This document shows, in pieces, positions 1 to 12,680 of a stretch of 64,000 nt of DNA. Positions within the stretch are counted from its first letter, which is position 1, and each line of letters opens with the position of its first letter. Below the pieces are notes generated by a model. The model did not search any database, was not told where the DNA came from, and saw only the letters and a list, made by a program, of their open reading frames with translations. This DNA comes from Ascidiella aspersa (Eukaryota), in the NCBI GenBank assembly GCA_963924565.1, contig OZ004613.1, positions 7,998,001 to 8,062,000 of the forward strand, read 5' to 3'. The position numbers were made by a program, and so were the translations under genes.

Positions 1-707
1 TAAGTATATAATTATCTTTGTAAATGGTCGTATTTGTCTAGCTCTAAATAGGGTGATCAGGTGGCACTAAAATCGTTTTGACCGTATAAAGCACGGTTGT
101 GCGAAATTTGTCAAGTTTCAATACAATTTGTCTTTATATAGTGCCACCTGATAATATAATAATAATGTAATAATAATTCAGTAAATTTTTTTTATGGAAA
201 CTATAATAGGCTAATGGTTTCAAACGTGGTATGAAAGGTTTCAAACGTGGTATGTCAACCAGTCAAATATCGCGCTCAAAACAACGTTACATCATTTCTT
301 TCAGTACTGCACTAAGCCTATACTCTTGCTTGCAATTACGCAACCAAGATGGGTTTACCCCGAGGTTGACCTTTAGTAACCCCTGGCGCAGTTCGTAGGT
401 AAACATTTGCACCTATATATCATTACACGTTAGTCACTCAACCAAAGTCACTTCGATTGCCACGTGATAATAATGATTGAACGGGTATCGGGAAGTAAAC
501 TAAATCATCAAATTTATATACTAAATTTATAATCACAACAACAAAAAGCATTTGGCAACTTTTTAAATGCGTATAAAAACTACGACGCCACCTTTGATAT
601 TTGAAAAAGTTTTGAATAAAATTATTTCTGCATTCATTACTCGATACAAACGACAATCTAATCTTTGTCCTACCTGTTTTTCACTGCCCTTCTATTTCGG
701 TGCGTAC

Positions 708-1178
708 CAGTGTTGTAAACAAGTCATTTTGGAATGACTTGAGTCCCAGTCAAGTCATTTGTAATAAAAAACTTGAGTCCAAGTCAAGTCATTTTTCAAA
801 GAACTTAATTCCAAGTCAATTCATTTTAAATAATAACAAGGCAAGTCCAGGTCAAGTCATAAATGCAAAGCAAGTCCATTTCAAGTCAAGTCCTTGTCAT
901 AAAAATTAAACGTTCAAATATTAAAATTATAAACTATTTCGATTATGAACTGTAACTCACATAAAAAATAAGACAAAATGAAACATATAGCAAGCAAGTT
1001 GTTTATGTGCAAAACTGAAGGTAAATATCCCAATTTTATAATGAACAGCAATGCTTAATGAAACACTTTATTTCACCAAAGACATTTGTCCAAAAAACTT
1101 AAGTCAAGTCAAGTCTTTTGAAAACAGTGACTTAAGTGCGCTTAACTCAAGTCATCGACTTAAGTCATTACAACACTG
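708..1178. mobile_element. hAT-like MITE family A (CAGTGTTGTAA TIR, internal AAGTC repeats)
   Basis: TIR CAGTGTTGTAA...TTACAACACTG, flanked by the 8-bp TSD GTGCGTAC/ATGCGTAC. Confidence 0.85.
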
Positions 1179-1765
1179 ATGCGTACACATGCGCTGCATT
1201 TGGTCAATTCTTCTTTATAGTTGCGCTTTAAGCAAGAATTGTAATTTACGCAAAAAATTGGTTTTCAGTTTATAGCAGGGATAAAATTATATTAACTTAC
1301 TTATCGGAAAGCGAAAAAACGTAATACCGGAATGCATGAATCATTTTAGGAATGACATCACAAAGTTACGTCATAAAGCGACATCATAAATAAAGAATGC
1401 AACCATTAAAAACAGGCTTAACCCCGGATGTCGTGCACAAATATGCAACTAAAATAAGCAAAAATATTTGGGACAAGATATTTTTACCGGTTTGTTGTAT
1501 CGGCAAAAACTATTTTACCGGTGCCTATTCCAGTAGTATACTTCTTTTACCGAAACGGTGTTCCGGCCTATTTCTACCCCTGGTCTAAACCATTAAACAG
1601 AAATTGTCGCAGATCAATAAATTGAGTCCAGTCTAGCTTAAGAGCATTAACCTGAATCGAATTGCACAAGCATTGACGAGCGGGGAAGTGCAAAATTCCA
1701 ACCAAGCAATTCTCAACACATTTTTGTAAGAAAAACAGCTATTTCTGTGAAATTATCGTTTTCAG

Positions 1766-4700
1766 AAAAGGCCATGCAACCAGGGGTTTTGCGCATTTAC
1801 CGACCAAGTGCGCGTCAACTTAACGCAGTGCAACGCAACCTGTGAGAGTGATGGTCAGGAGCTACAGCACTTCGTTTGCGCAGTCGACAATAAAATCGTC
1901 CCGGAAGGCTGCAGACACCCTTTATGGGAGCCGTGTCGCAAAACCTGCGTTGCATCAACCACTGTGATAACCTCAGGTTGGTACGCCTTATAATCAGCAA
2001 TATAGCTAGCACCAGGCCAGTGTTGTAAACAAGTCATTTTGAAATGACTTAAGTCCCAGTCAAGTTATTTGTAAAATAACCTAAGTCCAAGTCAAGTCTT
2101 TTTGAATAAATAACAAGTCAAGTCCCAGTCAAGTCATAATTAGAGCAAGTCAACTTCAAGTCACGTCCTTGTCGTAAAAATAAAACGTTGAACTATTGGA
2201 ATTTTTAAACTCGTACGATTATGAGCAATAACTGAACTAAAAAATGAGAAAAACGCAACTTATAGCAAGCAAATTGTTTTATGCGCAAACATTTGGATAA
2301 ATAGCTCAATTTTATTTAAAAAAATACTTACAGAAAGCACTTCAATTCAACCTAAGTAATTTGCCCAAAAAGACTTAAGTCAAGTCAAGTCATTTCGCCC
2401 AAATGACTTAAGTCAAGTCAAGTCATTTCGCCCAAATGACTTAAGTCAAGTCAAGTCATTTCAAAACAGTGACTTAAGTGCACTTAAGTCAAGTCATTGA
2501 CTTAAGTCATTACAACACTGCCAGGCCTATAAATCTTCAGCCACCTCGGCTTGGTATTGCTCTGTATAATGATCAGTACGCTAGCTGCCACCAGGGCTAT
2601 ACCTTGGACTAAGGATGTCTGATACTTGACATTTTTGTCCGATACCGATACTCAATGTTTTCGACAAAAAGTATCGCGATCCGATACCAAATGACGTCAT
2701 TACTATGCACCAGGACTATACTTTGGACTAGGGATGCCCGATACACATTTTGTTCCGATACCGATGTTTTGGACATAAATTATCGCGATACGGTTCGATA
2801 CCAAATGACGTCATTTCCATGGACCAGTGCCATACCTTGGACTAGAGATGTCCGATGCTTGACATTTTGTTCCGATAATGATACCCGGTGTTTTGGACAA
2901 AATTATCGCGATCCGGTCCGAAATGACGTCATTACTATTCTCAAACAAGCAAAATTCTAAAATTAAATGTCGAAATGTAGTTTTTTTTCAGGTTATTACG
3001 CTAAAATTAGCTTTGAAATTTAGAAGTTTAGTTACCTTATACGTTGTCAACCGATGTATTATTTTTTTTACCACCAAAGCCGAAATAGGTGCGTTGAAAT
3101 ACAAATAACGATTGAAATTTCTATATTAATTTGGTATCGGATCGGTCAAACCAACAGGAAAAGAGTCGACAAAATAAGAAATGCTGTAACTGTGAAGAAA
3201 CAATAGACTTAGATTAAGGGCCCTAAAGACCATTTAACAGTAGCCTACCAACCATTACAGGTAAATAAACTTTTCATAGCATATAACCGATTAACTAAAT
3301 TCTCTTTTATCCATTTTTCCTCCCCCAATGCTCCCTGGAACAAATCCCCCCGAATTAAAAAAATCCTTCCTAAGGGTGTCAAGTGCTCCCCTTTGAGAAC
3401 CACTGCCGGCTAGAGGTTTAGCAAAATTGCTTTAAATATTGAGCGACATAATTGGCTTCTAGCGAGTAACGACGTTAGGGTTTGTTCAGTGTTTACTTTC
3501 TTTTTTGTTGGAGGAAAATCGTATTGGATACTTGTGAAAATCACACCCGTAAAAACTAATTTCCTTTTAGCTAGGCGCTATAGGTTATTTTACACACTGT
3601 TGGAAATTGGAATACAGTTTTACTTTTCGCCAGGGTTTTTAGCGACGGAATCAAAAGTAACCAGTCACACCACACCATCGACCCGTACAACTTCAGGTAG
3701 GTGCTTGAGAACATTTGAGTTTACGCTTATAATGCCAAACAATATGGGAATCGAGAGAGTTCTGGCGTAATAAAATACCATAAGAACATCACATTGTATT
3801 GCATAATACACGACAGAAACTAATCACACATAATTGATTTAGTAATATACCTGCTAATCGTACGACATTACACTTACGTACTAACACGCAACTATACTCT
3901 ACACAGATTTATATAAGATGACCATTTTATATTTGTTATGCTTTGCAGGAACCAGCAGTGAAGCACTTAAAGCGGGAATTCTGATCGTCGCTATACCAAG
4001 CGCCATTGGAGGATTGATCATTCTAATTGTCTTACTCGTGCTGGGATTGTGGTTTCTACAAAGGTAATACAATTTGTCTTACAAGTTATTTCAAAATGAC
4101 CCTCAATGAAGAACAATTGTAAGCTACACTGTTTGCAACCTTTTAAGCCCTTTCACAAGTTATTAGCACTCAAAGAGAAGCGCCGGCGAGTTGATGCAAT
4201 CATGTGACGCCACGAACGACATTCGCGTCACAACATACGTCACAAAAGGTTCCATACAACAAAATAGCAAGCAAACGATCAAAAAAACTTTCTGCAAATC
4301 CTATAACATGATTAGTCAAACACCAGTTCTACATTTGTATGAGCTTCGGTTTTAATATAACGAAATGGCAAACAAGGTTGTTATCGCTGTAAAATGTATG
4401 ATTTTATTGTGGAACAGAATGAGGAGATCAAACAAGATGAGCACTAACAGTCCCAACACACCTAGCGCGTTCAGCAACTCCAACGGCGGGAGCGTCGAAC
4501 TCGTAACACAAGGTAATCAAAAATCACAATTTACACTTGACTGTAGAATGCTTACATGTAACAGGGAAGTGGAGTCTGGTAAAAATACCCCGAGTCCGAC
4601 ACTACAGGCTGTGATCCATTCATTTAGGTAACTGAAAAAGCACCCATACCCTATAGGGGTGTCACATAATTCACCCAAAATACATGTTAGGAAATATTCC

Positions 4701-6423
4701 AGGCGGTTGAATACTAAATTAAAACGACATTGATAAAGGGTTTTTTAACATCCTAAAAACTCTGAATTTTTGATTACACTTTATTATTAACAGTATTAAT
4801 AGTAGTATCCCTATCAAATTTGTATAATTTTATAATCCGAGTAATCAAAATGTCAGTCTTTTCGAGTTTTAAATTAAGTTTGACGTTGCATCCCGAGTTA
4901 ACAGACCATTTTAAACCAAAATACGCGTTGGGAAGCAACATTGGAATGTGAACTCTATCTCTTGTTTAACAGTGGAAATTGTGGAAAATCGTCACGCCCA
5001 CACCTACGACTCCACGCCGAACGAAAACGAGTACGACACGCCAACTAACGACGGAAACTCCAACGGTAAGCTGGAGACTTGGGATCTTTAAACTGTTTTC
5101 CTAAAAGGCCGGGATAACTGAAAGGTCTGACAATCGCGGGACGGCTATAACTTGTTTGTCAAATTTTAATACCTTGGGTATATTATTAAATGAAGGAAAC
5201 ATAGCGATAACCATATAATAAAAACTGTTACCTCTAACAAATTGCCGTATATTAAACTTTTATCAAAATGTTTTATATTCGACAACATTTCAACTGCACT
5301 TTGTCTTTATGAAGGAAATATGCCGTGGCCCGATCTGGTCCGCAGGTCGTAGTTTGATGACCCCTGAGCTAGGTCGTGGCAATATTAACATGTATAAAGT
5401 ATGAGCGAGTGCGATTTCCCCATAAAAAGCAAATGCTCGCTTTATAATATTAAAGCGAACTTTTACAAGTATAGTTTGGACCACATTACCCTGGTTTGGA
5501 CTGGAAGGCGTTACACTTTAACAGCTCTAAAATATATCAAATTTATAGCGTTAATTAAAAAATAAAATTCATCTGTAACCCAGAAGCAGTATTGCGCAAG
5601 ACTAAAACACTCCAGTCTGCGAATAAACCTTTTTAAGGCTATATTTAGACAAATGTAAAATCGCTTTAACGGTGAGAACTAAAAATCTAAAGGACATTAA
5701 GCAATAGTATTCTGATTTTTTTCGCAAGGCAAATTTTATTATAGAATACGCTTAAACCGAAATCCGTAGAAACGGTTCGAACTCGCAAATTTGGAGTACT
5801 TCGTTGCAGACATATCGTCAAGGCAGCGGAACCTCTACGACCGAGTGACAGAAGAAAACGAATATGACGTTGCAAGAGAGGAAGATGACGTAACAACGAC
5901 GGCAACGACCACGCAACAGCGACTGGCCCAGATGAACGGATCTCACAATTATGCAAGCCCGCAAAAACGGCGAATTCCGGCGGCGAAATACGAGGAAATG
6001 AGCATAAGCAGTGGCCAGCATTGCAACAGCCTAAAAAGCACCAGCAGCGCAAACAACGGAGGTACGCCCCTGCCGGTAGACGGACAGTACGACACACTGG
6101 AAGAAGTCAAAGAGGCAATGGGCAAAATCAACGCCAAGGCGAACACATCTCGAGAGGTCATTGCGAGTGCCTATGAAGTGATACCGGACTTAAAGGCTCC
6201 CGTTGAAAAACATACGCTCTCCGTTAGCGGCGAATACGACGTCATTTCGCACGAAGGGGCACTTCGGAAAAAGTCTAGGGACTACGCTAGTCTTAAGCTG
6301 GGAAAGGACGGCAACGCAAGCGACTCTTCGGCGCTTCCTGGCCCACAAAACAACGCGAACCACGAATCTTTACACGACGACGGCATGACTGATAACATTC
6401 TTTACAAACCGGCCAGTATGTAA
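1766..6423 (+). CDS. 3' part of a single-pass type I membrane protein: TSP1-like Cys module, S/T stalk, TM helix, long Tyr-motif-rich cytoplasmic tail (5' exons not identified)
   Basis: Phase-compatible GT-AG exons 1766-1976 (KRPCNQGFC...CNATCESDG...CRKTC), 3634(or 3643)-3696 (S/T rich), 3949-4063 (GILIVAIPSAIGGLIILIVLLVLGLWFL = TM), 4418-4512, 4973-5065, 5810-6423 (stop TAA). The TSP1 call rests on Cys spacing only. Confidence 0.75.
2018..2520. mobile_element. hAT-like MITE family A, second full copy
   Basis: Same TIRs and body as 708-1178, with a partial flanking duplication CCAGGC and an internal tandem expansion at about 2372-2460. Confidence 0.85.
2590..3140. repeat. Three tandem copies (about 115 bp) of a flank plus the left end of a CCGATAC-rich MITE
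   Basis: The unit ACCAGGGCTATACCTTGGACTA(A/G)GGATG...CCGATACC...AAATGACGTCATT recurs at about 2590, 2709 and 2823. Related sequence lies at about 52620-52930, 55090-55215 and 59390-59750. Confidence 0.7.
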
Positions 6424-7685
6424 GGCAATGGTTTCCAAACTGTGTGCTGCGGGACAAAAGTGGGCCTTGATAGATTTTTAAGCGTTTCGTAGAACGTTTT
6501 GCAATTTAGGAAAATAACAATTGGTATTTCAAGAAGACATACAAACACGCGGTACTTGCTCAACAATATATATTAGACACTTATAATTACATATCAAGGT
6601 ATTACCGATTTGTTTCATTGAAAGTGTTTGACGAATGTTTTTTTAAGAACCATTTTTCCAAGGGCATGTATTCGAAAATACACGAACAGTTGGACACCCA
6701 ATGTACTTCGGGATTTCTTTTATTTGCCATTCGAACCCTCATAAAACGTCTTGAGCATTTTATTCTTTACTTTATGGTGATCTCAGAATCTTTAACAACA
6801 TTTTAAAACGGTTTGCTTATAGCTACCCAAGGAAAGGGTGTTTTTGACAAAGAGGTAACTTCAGTGGAAGTTTATTAATTCTAGCTTGTCTCAAGCATTT
6901 CTAAGAGGGAATAGTTGCATTTTGTTTTGATACAAACCAATAAAAGAATCATAGTAGAAAAAAATATGGATTTTGATAAATTTAAACGTTACTGACTATC
7001 ACAATAGTAGCAAAATGGTCCAAGTTTTTGTTGTACTGTATGTTTTCGGTAATTTTTTTCCAAAATAAACAGTTTTTAGGTTATTGAATGTGTCAAAATG
7101 AGTAGCGCCCGGATCAAGCATTTTCAAAACCATTTTGTCCAAGTAAAGTCGTTTTAAAGAAATGCAAAGTCAAAACAGTCTAAGGTCGCAAGTTTAAATA
7201 TTGTTAGTTTTTTGCCTTTCGCTATTGCTCCATTTCTCGTTTTTGAGCGCGCATAATGGCGCGACGCATCGCATAAGCACACTCACTTACTTAGGCGCGG
7301 TGGTGCGCGCCTCTCACGCAAAGAATGCAATTAGCTTCTAGCCTTTGGTTGCCGGGCAAACAGCCTTCTCCAAAATATACTACTTTGCTCTAAGGTGGAT
7401 ATTTTGCCGTAGTGCACCTTCGAATGTAAACTGTTAGGTGCACTTTTGAATGTGCACGATGCACATATCGCAAGTGCACATTTTGGTTTTGAGTCCTGTT
7501 GCAAATTTAGTGATACATCGTTCATAGTGAGATATCGGCGGATATGTAAATGTATTGGCCTTTCTGTAGTCTTTAGGATGAAAATAAACATGGTACATTT
7601 AAAGGTGTTATGAATGAACGGTCATATTGTATATGTTTTTTTAATAGAGCGGTTAAATCATCAATGAATTGTTAAACTGCACTAT

Positions 7686-10467
7686 ATGGCTTGTAGAAGA
7701 TTAATTTGTTCGCTATCAAAGAAGGTTTTACTTTCTCCATCAAATCACCAAGTTACCTGCTGTGCATTGGTAAAGAAACCTGATAAAACTTCCTAGATAC
7801 CTATTTAAATATATTTAACTGTAATGTTTACCTTAAATCTGTTCTTCTATAAAATATTTGTTTTATTTTATTATTTTAAATCAACCTATTATGCTGCCCA
7901 TTTAACTTATGGTAAATGTGTGTTGCAATTTCAAAAATAAATTAATAGGCTAGTTTTATTGTAAATTAGTGTCTACTCATTAATTTTTGTTATATCTGTA
8001 ACAGTACATTCACTTTCCTAACATATCTTATTTAAAATGCTATTTCAAAATATTTTCTAATATTTATTCATACAATGATTTGTTAATGCAAATCTAAATT
8101 CTTAAAATTCCAGGCACACACCATCAAAGTAGCACGATATTATGAACCAACGGAATTTAATCGTGGAAGACCAGAAATTACGTGGGAGCATGAAATTTAC
8201 AAAGTGGTAAAGATTGAAACTGGACCCAAGCTGCTTAAAGTGATTTTGACAAAGAACATAAAAAGTAAGACATTTAAAATAAAGATTTCGCCCGTCATAT
8301 CAGTGGTCCTCATCTCCTCAACCAATGCTACACATACCAACGGTTGATGTATTAGTGGCTTGTAAGTCTTATAAAGAGCCCAGGAAAATAATCGCCTTTG
8401 TAATATTATTGCTGAACATATTAATTAACCTATACAATCGGTAATCAACCTGTTATGTAAGTCAAAAAACTATGGTAATGAGTGAGTTTTTCTTCAATTC
8501 ATTTCTACAATATTAAATTATAAGCAAACATTGGGAAAATTGTTGCTTTGAAAATCAAATGGTATTCAGTGATAGAAGGTTGACAACCATTGCTTATATA
8601 AATTATATGCACTGCTAAATACCTAATTCTTAAACTACATTTGGTTATTTTGTTCAGATGTGGGAATAGAAGGAGAGGTGGTAGAATTGCCCAAACGGGT
8701 GTCGCGCTTTCTGCTGCACAGCAATCAGGCTGTATATGCTTCACCAGAAAATATTCGAGAACTTGCAGCCAAAGTGGTATGTTTCACCAGACATTTTTTC
8801 TTGCATTTTATTGTTAAGTTCAAGTGAATTTTGTGTGTTATGTTTAATATTTCATAATTCCACGGGCACAGGAAAACATATTTGTTATTTCCTGTGCTTT
8901 TTTCTAACTGCAACATTGAAGGTTGACCATTGATAACTTTAAACGCTTTTTGAAATTAAAACAAACTTATAATAACTAAGAAATAGCATAAAAAATATAG
9001 TTTTTTGGCAAGCCTTGAAAGATGGGCATTCAGTAGCTTGACAAAAAGTTTGTGAGAAAAAAATACATTACTTCTAAACCCAATTTTACAGTTGTAAAAA
9101 GCAGAAGACAAAAAATACAATAGCACACATAATACATTACAACCAATTTTAAATTAAAAAAAAAGTTATGTAAAGAACACTATCAGATGCCTCTTAACTG
9201 TGATCCACAGAGCATTGGGATTAATGTAGATTTGTTTTTAGGCACTGGCCACAAGTCAAACTGTGTCGGGAAGAAAAATGGAGCAACATTTAACTGGCAG
9301 AAAGGTTTACAAACTTCGAATGCGGAACCATATTGAATGGAAATTAACGCCTGAAATCCTCTCTCGTTGCTTCTTAAGGGTAATTATATATATGTTAGAT
9401 TTTGTTTTTAAGTACTACCAGGAAGAAAAACTGTTATCAAAACTCTAGCCTTATATAGCAGCATGTTTCAAATGTTTAGTCCAGTATTAATGTTAAATAT
9501 TACTTTTTGGCCTATAACAATATGCGGATGTTATAACTGGGAATAGATATTTTTTTTTTAAGTTGCATCATTGGTTTAAAAAAATAACACACATTTACAC
9601 CAATTAAAAATATTTATTTTTTATGGTGATACATTACGGATTTAAAAGTGTAGAACCTCTTGAAAACCTGTTCATTTTGTACTTTATTAACCCATTTCCC
9701 ATAAACCAGGGCTAAAGCCAGGCATTTTTTCTTGAGCCGGAGCCATTTTTATTATTTTTCTGGAACTGGGGTCATTTTTAAATTGTGAGAGCTGAAGATT
9801 TTGAAATTTTTCTACGGAGCTGAAGCTGGAGCTATTTAATATTTGTTTGGTGGTTTTAGAGCTATAACCGTAGCCTTGGATGTGTTTTGGTGGCTCCGAA
9901 GCTGGAGCCATTGGTTAAGTCACTGTTTCTCCGAATTTTATGACTAGCGGCACCCCTATAAGATTTTCTGTAGTTACACAACATAAAAAGTTATAATTCG
10001 ATGTATTTCACTCTAATTTTACACAAAAAGTTGTAAGGGTTGACCAAAATCGGATACCTAAATATTCCAAATATGTCTGGAGCCGGAGCCAATTGTGGCT
10101 CCCCAGCTATGTATTAAACAAACAGGCTGTTGTTGCCCAGACAAACTTATTTTACTTTTTTGTTTTTGCCAAGGATGCCGAAATCCACATTCCACCACAA
10201 GCCATCACTTTGCCTGGAGAGGAAATTACGGAAAAAGACGTCGGGTCTTCGCGCACATACCAAGTTGAAATATCTGTAAGTTCTCAAGTTGTCGATTTTT
10301 CTGTGGACCTTGCAAACGTGACTAAATAGCTTTTAACTAGTGATTGTTTAAAATCTCAGGTGAACAAGTTAAAACCGGTCACATGCAAAGTTCAGTTTGT
10401 TCCTTGGACTGATCCAAAATCCAATCCTACGCCTCAACAAAAATCTAAATCTGCGAAAAAAAAGTAG
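7686..10467 (+). CDS. MRPL9: Mitochondrial ribosomal protein bL9m (MRPL9)
   Basis: Exons 7686-7769 (MACRRLICSLSKK..., presequence-like), 8114-8264, 8658-8776, 9242-9379, 10174-10275, 10360-10467, all phase-compatible. LKVILTKNIKNVGIEGEVV...AVYASPEN matches the L9 N-domain and the MRPL9 AVYASPEN motif. Confidence 0.9.
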
Positions 10468-12680
10468 GCTGCTCTCTCCTGGATTGTCATTTATAAGTTC
10501 TCAACAGACGAGAAGTTCGTAAAGTACATTCATTGTGGTTGGAGGTTACATGTAATATTAAATCGGAATCACTTTTTACACCTTCATGAGTGATGGGCAG
10601 TAGAACCAACTTAAATAGACGACCGACCTCGTAAGCATTCAACTTCAAATGAGCTCCGAAAAAATGCAAATTCATAAAGAATTAACAACCTGCTGCTTGT
10701 TTTTGTCAAATAGGTTGCCGCTTTTATTCTATGGAATAAATACACATCAACAGGATTTATGTTGTTTGCTTGATTTTGTAATACTCTGGTGAGATAAAAA
10801 TCAAGAGAAGACATCTTCCTAAATTGCTTTCTAAGGTTTATGAGGCGTCGTTGTAACTTGTAGTTTAACCCAAGGGGAACTGGGTTAATTATAGTTGGTT
10901 GCGGTCACTTTAATACTTCCTTTAAATACTAAATAATTATATTTTCTGAAAAACACCGTAAAATGAACAATAAATAAATATCTAGGTTTGAAAATATGCA
11001 TATAATGCCCAACTACTTGGCCTTGTACTCTTGTAAGCTGTAAAATTGCAAATGCGGTCTATGCCTGTATTTAATCAAATGCGTTTTTATTGGACTGGTA
11101 CAAATACAATTGCATAATTGACGCATTAACTATATTACATACACACAGACTTTACATTTTGAAGCACAAAGATACAGGAATGACCCTATTTACAACAAAT
11201 ACTGATATGGCGCCGCAAAAAACATTAAATTAATTAATTGATTACAATGCCTAATATAAATTGGATTGTTAATAACGAACGATAGTAATGGACAGTATAC
11301 AAACCAGTGTGTGCGATTTAATACAGCTGCATTCCTTATCCCGATTATAGCCGGGAATCACAATAAAAGTTATACGCTGCACTCTACTGTAATTAACCCA
11401 AGAAACTACCAAACGGAATGTAAATTTTACCATACAATACATAACAGGCAGTGGATAAAAATGCCATTTTAGGAAGGATTAGAGGATTTGCTAGGATTAT
11501 CAGGTGCAAATTTGTTATTCACGTCCAAAACAGCACCGGTTTAGAAATAATAAAAATAGCTCCAAAGTCTAAACAGTTCTGACAAAAGTTAATCTGCGAA
11601 AAAAGAACCTCAAATCGACAGATAAAAATCTTAGAAAAAAAACATCTGAAAAACGAGAATGCAACATCAAAGTTTCGGCATCTGAAGTAAAATGAAATAT
11701 CAACCCTGCATACAATGCCGATAATGGCGTACAAAAATATAAACATCTTCAGTTCATTAAGATCTTCGGTTACAGGCCTTCAAAGAAAGGATAGCTTCAA
11801 GCAACAGATCTGCGAAGTTTTTTTTTCAACAAAAAAAATCAGTTAAGGCATATCTCTAACTGGACATCTTAAACCACATTTAGAAAACACAAAAAGTGAT
11901 TAAACTGCTTCAGGGTAAGCGAGAGTATGTTAAGACGGGAAACCTTTAACTGGATTCGATTTTAAAGCCCACACAAAAGTACAGTAAACCTATAGCATAG
12001 ATCAGTCATCAGTGGTTCCTAACCTTGTTCCTTACGGCACCACCCGCAGAAAAAATAAATATATGCGGCACCCCTATAAGAATTTTTAGAAAAAATACAT
12101 TTTGATTTTCCGTACTCGAATCGTACATTGAGAGTGGTATCAACAGTTTAGCAATATTCGCAAAAATCTATGTCTTACCAAAAGACCTTAAGTATATGAT
12201 TTTGAAACCAACTTACTCCTATTGTTTGAAAGCCGGTGCAGACAGCTTGGTTTACATATTCTCAGAATAAATTCGCGCAAAAGTTCGACTGGTCAGTGGT
12301 TACACCAGATTCATTTGCAAATTATAAAACATAAACAGAGAAAAACTGTTTTATGGCGTAATTTCGTGCTGTAATGGCTAAAACGCAGTGAGGAAATCAA
12401 ATCCCACATTGAACAAGATGTTAAAAAAAATACAAAATGGTTATTCGAAACGTTGAAAATGTTACCTATACTTGTGTATGGGCTTTCATATTCTTACTAC
12501 GTCGTACTACAACCTTTAACCATTATGCCCCAATGGCTGAAAGATTTGCATTTCCCTTTGGATATCAAACAAATCGTGGAGGAATCCTGGGCGAATAAGG
12601 ATCCACAGCAATTGGGAATTTAATCGATAACGGGCTTTTATACCTATCACATACACACACACAGAAGCAAACCTTTTCTT

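Noticed and set aside
300-1725. Additional upstream exons of the membrane protein gene (about 305-398 and 1637-1724)
   Set aside because: In-frame stops, incompatible phases or an implausibly short 41-bp intron; these could not be supported.
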